DNA from: Macrostomum lignano
Taxonomy: Eukaryota
Assembly: GCA_002269645.1 (NCBI GenBank)
Contig: NIVC01004336.1
Span: forward strand, 1-50,001
Direction: 5' to 3'
DNA: 50,001 bases
Part shown: in pieces, positions 12,661 through 21,493 of the stretch
How the letters are laid out: every line of letters begins with the position of its first letter
Numbering within the stretch: the first letter of the stretch is position 1
Notes under the pieces: model-generated
The model's database searches: none
What the model was told of the DNA's origin: nothing
The model's input: only the letters and a program-made list of their open reading frames with translations
Translations under genes and position numbers: made by a program

Positions 12661-14210
12661 CACAGGAGCCAGCTCGTAGCCCAGTCCGAATGCACATGTA
12701 CTAATACAAAGAACCAGAGAACTGTTTGCTACCCAAGCGTTTTTTGTCTTGCATCCACAGCGTCTTAGCAACACGCCCAGGCCAGGCCAGAGGATCTGGG
12801 CCGAGCAAGGATGCTTTATGATCCGTGCACAGTTGCAGGCCTAATCAAATTACCAAGCAAAAATGCCGCGTCCTTTTTGGTTGTTCCTCCCAAGTCCGTA
12901 GCCATCCTTGCTTCTTTCTATCTCAAACTCGTTTCATTTTCATCTACTCGTGTTGCAGCCTCTTCTTCACTCGGACATCTACATGTTGAGAAGGACTTGT
13001 ATTCTTTGCCATACAAATGCACGCCTCTTTTTCATTTCTGTATAGATACTATTCTAATTAGCTTATTAAAGTTACCTGCCCGGATGAATATGCCCACGCA
13101 GCATGTGCACAGTCTGCGCCCTGACTTTTCATCCCTACGCTAGTAAAACAGATATTTAGTAATAAATTTTGAAGTCCCAGGTGAAGCGATCTCACTAAAA
13201 ATAGCCCACGGCAGCTAGATGGAGGTGCTCAACACTTAGTCAGCTAAACCAGTAAGTATCATGAGCAGCGCTCATGCAAGACCCTAATTGACGCACTGGG
13301 CAGATGGACAGGCATGAACAGCCCAAAGGCAGAATAGATAATGAATGTCATTAAAGCAAAAGAGAGAGAGGAAGCAAGGTGCGGGACTACTTACATAATT
13401 AGCCAGGACTAAGCGATCTGCTAGGCGTAGGGCGGCTGAGGCTGCTGGGAACTCGGCTCCAATTTCTCCATTTACCTGTTCAACTCTTGCTGTCTCAGTC
13501 TCCCACTGGCCCACTGGCCCATTGAGGCTCAATAGTGAAGGCATACCAAAGGCCTATTAAAAATCTCCACGCATGCAGCTTCCTCTCTCCATCACTGGAT
13601 GCCGCTCCAGCCACTGGCTGAGGCTGCTGTGCAGCAGATCCCCCTTCCCTTCGGGCCAGAAAACTTCATCCTATCCAGGGCTTATTTTCCCAGCATCATG
13701 CCTCGCCTAGAATTTGTCCAATATGCTTTTTTGTCTGGATAATTGGCAAGCGCGATCAAGACCAAACATCATGTTGCTGCGCAGTTGTTTGCAGGCTGTC
13801 TTTTCTGTGTGCTCTTCTTCGTGGCAATATTTTGCGCAATTGGGAAATTCGCTTGTCAGTTATCTCTGCCTTGATGTTTTGTGTAACGTAAAAATTCTTG
13901 CTAATGATGCACAGAAAATGATCAGTTGATCTCCGAGGTGGCTGCTTTGCTTTGCTTTTGTTCAATAATTAGGAAAGGGTGTACACTGCCTGATGATGTG
14001 AAAGTTGAGGCCAATTTACACCTTTTACGCCTATTCTACCTTAAAAGTTCATAGCAAACATACGTACAATGTTTAAATGGGATGTCGAGTAAAAATTGAA
14101 GACACTGCTGGACTCAAAGGACTCAAAGGACTCAAAGCGACTCATCAAACTTGCACTTTTATTTTCAGAATTCGGTACTCCTGTAATAGCTACTAAATAA
14201 CGGATTTATA

Positions 14211-14412
14211 GGGCAGAGCAGCGCCACAGTGTTCCGGATTCGATTCCTGCTGCAACAATCCGACGTCTGCCGCTGTACACGAGCCGTTAATTGTGTCGAG
14301 TGCATCTCTTGTCCATCAGGACCAACTGCCAAGGCACAGAGAGTGTACTTGCTGGACGATTAGGAAGGTCAGGGCCCCTGTACACCCCGTGTGAGCGAGT
14401 TCCTGTCTGCAT
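14211..14412 (+). mobile_element. Family B repeat, copy 3 (diverged)
   Basis: GGGCAGAGCAG head, GGATTCGATTCC B-box-like motif, 3' GTGTAC...GGAAGGTCAGGGCCCCTGTACACCC. Confidence 0.5.
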
Positions 14413-14992
14413 GCCTATCCGTATACATGCTCGAGGGATCAGCGGGACTGGCCTGGCTGCTCGCCTCCTCACTACCTGTGGATCAACTGTCGCTTTGATT
14501 GGCGGCAGTTTCTGAATAACTATTTGTATTCCAACAGATAAAAGTTCGCGATCGAAAAAGGGTGGCTCAAAAAACGCAAAATCTTTTTCATCTACCTTCG
14601 AAGCCAGGCATCTGTGAGGACTGAGGGAGGTATAAAGAATGAATGAGGAAAAATCGATAATAAGTTTAGCTGAGCTGCCCAAACACCAAAAGATCGGTAG
14701 TCGCTAGTATACAGTCTGGCCATCGGATACAGGGCTCAGCCTAATAGTACAATGAAACTAAATCCTCCCCCGTAGGAAGAGCAGCTCAGCTCAGAGAATC
14801 GAGTGATGGTAAGAGAGTTCTAGAATTTCTACAGCCTCTCATATCTCTCTCTCTCTCTCTCTCTTCGAGTCTCTTCAGTTGAAGAAACAACCTAGGATAG
14901 TTTCTACTTAAGCTGAAGATATAAGCTGCTTAGCTTGTATGCTTTTGGTGGCCGCAGACTGGGTGCTGAGTTGCAGTGAAAGAATTTTGGTT

Positions 14993-15455
14993 TCAACCGC
15001 GCGGTCGGTGGGTGGCCCACGCCCGAGCCGCTGCACCTTGCTGTGTCAACAGAGCGTCCACCAAAGAGAGCTGGAGAGTGAGTGGCAGAGAAATAGTTTT
15101 AGCAAATGCAAACATGTCAGCCTTCCCCAGCTGAGAACTGATGTCGGATGCTTGAATTTTTTGCCCGTTGTGTGCGGCCAAAAATGATTCCAATTTTCTT
15201 CCTCTGGACTCTTCTGCAGACTGAGTTACCTCAGCTTCTTGTGGCTTGTTGGCAAGTTCCTCCTAGAGAAAGTTCCTCAGTAGCGCAAGGTTTTTTTAAT
15301 AATTTTTTTCAACAAGGCGTCTTACCTTCACTGAGCGACCGCTTCTTTGCGAAAATAGTACAATGGTCGTTGGCTTGGCACAATGGCTTGACGACACACT
15401 GCCGAAATGAGAGGGTTTGCAGGCAAGCAATCCACTCCAAACTTCAGTTGGCTAT
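14993..15455 (-). CDS. Candidate exons of an unidentified minus-strand gene (possibly upstream part of the 8.4-11.4 kb gene)
   Basis: Donor GTGAAG|GTAAGA at ~15325, acceptor TTTCTCTAG at ~15263, then the protein-like frame EELANKPQEAEVTQSAEESRGRKLESFLAAHNGQKIQASDISSQLGKADMFAFAKTISLPLTLQLSLVDALL. Linkage and phases not resolved. Confidence 0.35.
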
Positions 15456-15590
15456 AATTTGGGACGAGAAGAAATTCAACTGATTAAAGTTTTCTCCTGT
15501 TTAAGTCTGAGCATTCTCTTTATGTCTAAAATGAGGAGTACGAGCGCGTAGTACAATGATTTATAGACTGATCAAATAAAACGAAGGAAT

Positions 15591-15975
15591 CAAATGAGAG
15601 AGGACAGATACCAAATGAGAGAGGACAGATACCAAATGAGAGAGGACAGATACCAAATGAGAGAGGACAGATACCAAATGAGAGAGGACAGATACCAAAT
15701 GAGAGAGGACAGATACCAAATGAGAGAGGACAGATACCAAATGAGAGAGGACAGATACCAAATGAGAGAGGACAGATACCAAATGAGAGAGGACAGATAC
15801 CAAATGAGAGAGGACAGACATCAAATGAGAGAGGACAGATACCAAATGAGAGAGGACAGATACCAAATGAGAGAGGACGGATACCAAATGAGAGAGGACA
15901 GATACCAAATGAGAGAGGACAGACTTCAAACAAGAGAGGACAGGCACCAAGCGAGAGAAGACAGACATCCAATGA
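15591..15975. repeat. 21-bp tandem repeat CAAATGAGAGAGGACAGATAC, ~18 copies
   Basis: Directly visible; variants are non-synonymous in every open frame. Confidence 0.97.
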
Positions 15976-17169
15976 GGTAAGGCAGGCACCAGAGCAGACG
16001 GACATGAGAAACCTTACAGCTACATGTATAATGTAGTGATCATGGGAAAGTCAGCATGCATGTAAGCCTTCAGTTTAATAGAAGCTCTATAAAACAGCAG
16101 GAAGTCGCAGTATGAGGCAGATAAGGCCGCCCATGTGAAGAACATTGAGAGTTTCCGCTTGGCAGAGAAAATGCTCAGCAGCACGCGCACTCAGAGCTGG
16201 ATCTCCATGCATAGTATATACGAGCTATTTGCGTTGAAATGGGCTGCTCAAACAGAGTTTATTGCTCTTGATCACAGGCGCGGAGACTTGCGAGTGAATT
16301 CTACAGAGTCTTATTTTCGGTGGTTGCAAACATGAACCGTTTTTTTTTTGCATTTTTATATTAGCTCTACGCAAACGCATGGGTAGGTCAGGAACGAAGG
16401 CACTTTTCAAGTCTGTGTCTTGTTGGGACTGACCCAAAAATTACAAATTCAAAAGTTCAAATAAACACAACTTCGAATGAGAACGACGATATTTCCGTCT
16501 TGGTTGGTCTTAATCATAGATAATGGACTTCACGGATAACTAAAATACGAGTAGGACACTAGTTTCATTTAGAGTTGGTTTCCGCACCAAATTAAAACAT
16601 TTTTACAGAATGTGAGATTCAATTTAGACTACTGAGAAAAAGTAGTCGAATAAAGATTTGAATCGCAAAATCCCTCATACGAGCGTATAGGTTGGAGAAT
16701 GTCGCCAGAATAGAAATAACAGCACAAAATCAACGTCTGTACACACTGAGAGTGGGGGGACAGGACGGCAAGGGACTATTGCTGACTGACGAAATCCATG
16801 CACGACGTTCGATCCATACTTTTAGTGTGTCACACAGAACACAACTGCAGTACTTTTCTACTGTAACTACAGATCCAGATGGACCTCGAACAAAACAGAT
16901 AGTTGATTGAGATTGAAAAACTGACAACTAATGAAAGCTCGCTAGGTGCTTGGAAAGGTGACCACAGGACAGCATTCAGAAGACTAGCTTTGATGTGTCG
17001 TAAAGACCTAGACACCTGCACCAAGTTAATTTGTTCTCAAATCCTTCCGTACATTATGTACTTTATTCAAGCTGTACCTTTTTCACTTTGTCATCCTAAG
17101 TACTCATCTATCGTAGCCCAGTCCAAGGGGATGTTGCTGGGGATTCGAAGTGTACTGTAATGTCATGAT

Positions 17170-18232
17170 CTTCACTCATGGTCCACGAAATATTTTACAA
17201 CTAAGTGAAGTACTTTGGGTTTTCTCGGGGTGGCCTGGTAGGTCTTTGAATCCCACCGCTGCCACCAATGTTGTACCTGTGGTTGTCCTGCTGTACAGCG
17301 CAGTGACTTGGGCTCCGTCCTCTCACTCAGAAGCCTTCTTAACTCTTAGTAGCGTAGGTAGTGCTGCCACCAGTTCCTTCAGGTCTCGGCCTTTGATGAG
17401 GTGAGCTTCCCGTCGGAACGAAATAAACAAGTCAACGAACTCAGCACAGCGTGCAGATTTGCAGATTAATGAACAAGGCATCCTGATCAGCAGATCCCCG
17501 CCGGGCTCAGGGGTGGCTGGGAAGGCAGTGTTAGCCTCCCTTAGGCTTGGGCTTTAGTGGGGTCTCAGTCAGACCAGTACAAAAGGATTCAGTACGCAAA
17601 GGGCACTTAGTTAGACACTGACGCACACGGGATCTTAGTGAATTCTCCGCAGATAAGAAGCCACATCCTTGACGGAAACAAGGGGAGAGGGGTCCTATTT
17701 ATAGCCGGGAAACACCCACGCACAATACCTCGTGACTTGTTCTATTTTTAGAACTGACGTCACTTGAGGTCTCGAGGCAGGGTCTCAGTGCGCGCAAGAC
17801 CTCGTGACTCGTTCTATTTTTAGAACTGACGTCACTTGAGGTCTCCGGCCAGAGTACACGCGGCTGTGACTCAGTTGCTATTTTTAGCAACATGAGTCAC
17901 TCCTCTCCTTAGAGAAGGGAGGGGTCCGAAAGCACGTGATTCTCCCGGTAAACAGGGCCAACGAGTGCAGTAAACATATTTACTGCACTTTAGGACTCGA
18001 AGAACGCAGAGTCTGTCATGTGACTTGCTCACATGACAGAGGAAAACGGGACGGGAACGAAACAGAGACAGCCCACAGCAGAGAAGCTGAGGGCTGAGAA
18101 CAGAGACGCAGAAGGGCAGAACAGGCCAAGGGCAGCAACAGACGGGCCAAGGGGGGCGGGAAGCTGACCAGCGGCAGACAGCAACCCAGGGCGAGGGCGA
18201 GGGAGACTGCTGACAAAGTGGGACGCCTAACA
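17170..18232 (-). mobile_element. LTR-like element (5' end TGTTAGG at 18232 on -), with internal promoter and decayed downstream sequence
   Basis: TGTTAG terminus, enhancer-motif cluster followed by TATAAATAG on the minus strand at ~17696-17704. 3' boundary and TSD not found. Confidence 0.35.
17695..17938 (-). promoter_or_regulatory. TATA box plus cluster of MEF2, CRE, AP-1 and E-box consensus sites
   Basis: CTATTTATAG 17695-17704; CTATTTTTAG 17742-51, 17814-23, 17878-87; TGACGTCA 17755-62, 17827-34; TGACTCA 17867-73; TGAGTCA 17893-99; CACGTG 17933-38. Confidence 0.55.
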
Positions 18233-19255
18233 TCAACTAGCGGATCACTACATAAGCCATAAGAGTGCTTCCCCTACTCTGGCAGTTGACTAATATACAA
18301 AGGGGAGAAAGAATGGAAATAATTGTTCGCTTCGAACATTAATTTATCTTGGATTATTACTGAATTTTTCGAAGTAATCAAACCTATTGATTTATTTGAG
18401 TTGCCGATGCATTTACCTTTATTTATCTACTCTTGATCAAGCGAGCCACTTTACCTGAAACCTATTGATTTATATCAAAACGACAGCAAATCCCTGGGGG
18501 ACAATCGACAAATACTGATACATGATGTTCTTCTTCATAGTCTAGCACGCACGCACTCTGTGCCTCGGAGGTTAGGCTCCGCTTCTAAGCCTACCGGGAG
18601 GATAGCACCTGTCGGATTTCCATCCTCCAAATATTTGTACTTTCTATTACCTTGTACTTTTCAGTTAGCCGTCTCCCTTTGTCTACCATGCCTTTCATAC
18701 AGACTATCGTAACCGTTCATTTACCACAGACAATTTGGCTGGCCTGTTCATCATTGTTAGTATAAATACAACTTCAACCCGCGGCTTAGGCCCTTCACTT
18801 CTTTCCCCTCTCTTCCTTTCTGCACCACTTATATCTCGTTCTATTAGTTTATTGTCTATTCGACAGCACCGGTCTGATACTTCTATACGGGTACTAATGA
18901 GTAAGATGACAAATGGCTCAGCTCACCAGGACATTTCATAATACTTTCAAGGTCTACGAAACATTTTTATTTTTTGACTTAACAAATAGTTCTTTATATT
19001 GCGTTTCGTTATTGTCATCGGTAACGTATCCTACACGATTCATGTCGCGGTTAAAGGCTCACGTCGCATCTGACTTTGAGTTCCGACTCGCCCGCTTTTG
19101 GCTAATTACGATTTTTGCTCATGCGAGCCAACCACCAAGGCACCTGAGTGTGTACATGCACTTTTACAAGCCTACCTAACGTGTGTGAGTTTGTGTATAG
19201 GCCTGCTAACAATACGAGTACAGCGTGTGTGAAGCACTGAAGCACGCAAGCTGGC

Positions 19256-19510
19256 CTGCTGCGCGTCGCCTTCAAGATCGGCTACGAGCAAGTCACCAAT
19301 GCGGCACTCTATTGCCGCATCGCCCTGTCCCGTCCCAACGAACTGTTAAGCCGTTGGCGACTCCAGCTGGCAGGCCATATCATCCGAGCCGAGTCCTACT
19401 GTCTGGTGCAGGAGGTGCTGTTGCTGACGCTTGTGCTGACGCTGCAGAGCCGACAGTTGCCACCAACCGCGATGCCAGAGCGGTTTCGGTAGTATGCCGA
19501 GTCTGGGCAG
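19256..19510 (+). mobile_element. 5'-truncated RTE-clade LINE fragment (ORF C-terminus)
   Basis: Translates LLRVAFKIGYEQVTNAALYCRIALSRPNELLSRWRLQLAGHIIRAESYCLVQEVLLLT, the RRLxLAGHxxR motif typical of the post-RT C-terminal region of RTE elements; frameshifted downstream. Confidence 0.75.
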
Positions 19511-19582
19511 TGGCCGGCACGTGTTGTTGTTGCTGCTGCTGCTGTGTGTATGTGTGTGAGTGCGCCTAGCACCGAGCCACTA

Positions 19583-20068
19583 GTGACGTCCTTCCGGATG
19601 GATCTTCTTCCAGCATTTGACCGCGTTCCCTGGCCTCCTACTCAAGTCCCGTAACTCATGCAGGTCCAGCTTCTCCCTCAGGCTGCGCGTGGCGGGGCAT
19701 TCCATGACATGCTCAAGCGGCTCGGCCTCCATGCTCACCTCGTAAACCAACCCTCCTCTTGTCTACCAATACGCTTCCTGTACTCTGCAGGGTCCATAGA
19801 GTGGCCACTCCTGAAACGTCTGAAGTCAACCTCATCCTGCTTGCTCAGGCCCTTCGGCTGGGGCGCCACTCCCTGTTCTCCGTACGTTTCCCTGCTTCTC
19901 TTGTGGTTTCTGCCGTTGTCTCTGCCCAGCTTGCTCTGGATGTACTTCTTGTTGCTGCTGGCCGGAACTCTGATGCCGTCCTGGGCCCGAGTCGACGCCT
20001 CTTTCGCCGCTCGTTTCCTGCCAAGCTGCAGTGCGGGGGCACCCAGATCAAGTTCACCACCTTCTCTT
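19583..20068 (-). mobile_element. 3' fragment of an RNase H-bearing non-LTR retrotransposon (I/Ingi-like), decayed
   Basis: VNLIWVPPHCSLAGNE (RNase H WVPxHxGIxGNE motif), then GLSKQDEVDFRRFRSGHS...YRKRIG...EPLEHVMECP (RxRxGH...HxxxxCP zinc-knuckle region) across frameshifts. Confidence 0.75.
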
Positions 20069-21212
20069 CCTGCTGCTGTTGTTGTTGAAGCACATGAAAA
20101 CTAAACACGCCTATTGAGTAATAATTAAAATATATTCAAATTCCCACATTTGCCTACTTAGTAGTAGGAAAAAGTGAAGAGAACTCCATTTTTTGCGTAC
20201 ATTAGTAGTAATTAATTTGCGTTCTTCACTCATCTTGCAAAACAGTTAGGACAAATTTTGCTTGATAGAATCAATTTATATAAAAGTGCACGTTGATCTA
20301 GCATAAAAACGTTCAACGATCTAAAGGTACTGTGTACAAACGATAGAAAGTGTCTGTATTCTACATCTGATCCATCAGATCACTTCGTGCCGATGGCATG
20401 ACAACCGTTGCTATTTTCTTGCGCTCTAAAAGGTTGCATAATTTATAAATAGGTGGGCAGACACCGAACTGCTATTCGAACTGTGCACTGATGTAGCTTT
20501 CTTTTCCGTACTTTCTAAGGCCCAGCTGAGTTACCAATTTATACCAGGGGAAGGTCTACAATTCAGATACTTCTTGGATAGCAAACGTTCTTTGTATCAA
20601 TTTGTACCATTAGTGATATTTATAATTTAGTGTCATACGCGTAGACAGTACTTTTTGGCACAGGTTTATTATTATTTCGCCTAATCGTAAATAGAAATGT
20701 TTCGGTCTTGGCCAACATGGACGCTTGATTTTCACTACTACAAATGAAAGTAATAAAACTGATATGACACTGCTAAAAATAGCATCGCTACACCGTGTCC
20801 CGATAAGATAAGATAAGACTGATAGTTTGAGACAAAATCACAGACGTGTTGTTAGTTTACGAGCGGCACATTTAATGCCACAGACCACTCGGCCCTCTAC
20901 TATATTAGCACAGCTCAGGTCTTAATGGAGCCTTCGCCGTGAGTTTTAATATTATTAGCAATTATGGAAGTGTACCTTTTGATTTGATAATGCATCGGTA
21001 GGTTATCTGTGTTAAGATACGCAGTACTTGTGGACGTCACGCAAGGCCTGACGTAACTCTTATAGTAGATAATCTGATGATGAGCTAGTGAGCGCAAATA
21101 TGAGCTTTTTAAAAAAAGAAGCAAAAAGGCAGGCTCTCTGCAGCCAAAGTATATGCATTCCGATGCACTGCGGCAGGCTCGAAGGACGTCTTTTCGACCG
21201 ATTTTTTTCGAA

Positions 21213-21218
21213 TTTATT
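21213..21218 (-). terminator. Candidate polyadenylation signal (AATAAA on -) for the prohormone gene
   Basis: TTTATT on +, about 275 nt downstream of the stop at 21494. Confidence 0.4.
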
Positions 21219-21493
21219 AAACCGAAAATAGAATAATTTGCGGCAGCAATGAAGATGGGATTCGTTTGTAAGTGTCAAAGTTTTTGCAAGGACACCTTAA
21301 TTCAAAGTTCAAAACAGTGCACTGCTGAGCGCATTGAAATCAAAATCACTTGAGAAGATCAGCAGGCTTCAGTGGCTCCAATCTGAAATGAACCAAAGCA
21401 ACGCATTTACTATTCAGTGTCTGTTAAAAAAGCAAGTTTAAAAAATGCTGCGCTCTATAGCGCGTCGCAAAAGATCTTACCGATTCCTCAGGA

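Noticed and set aside
15526-16005. ORFs MREDRYQ / LSFGICP / VLSHLVS repeats
   Set aside because: Products of a stop-free 21-bp unit; variants are non-synonymous in all frames and no flanking exon logic was found.
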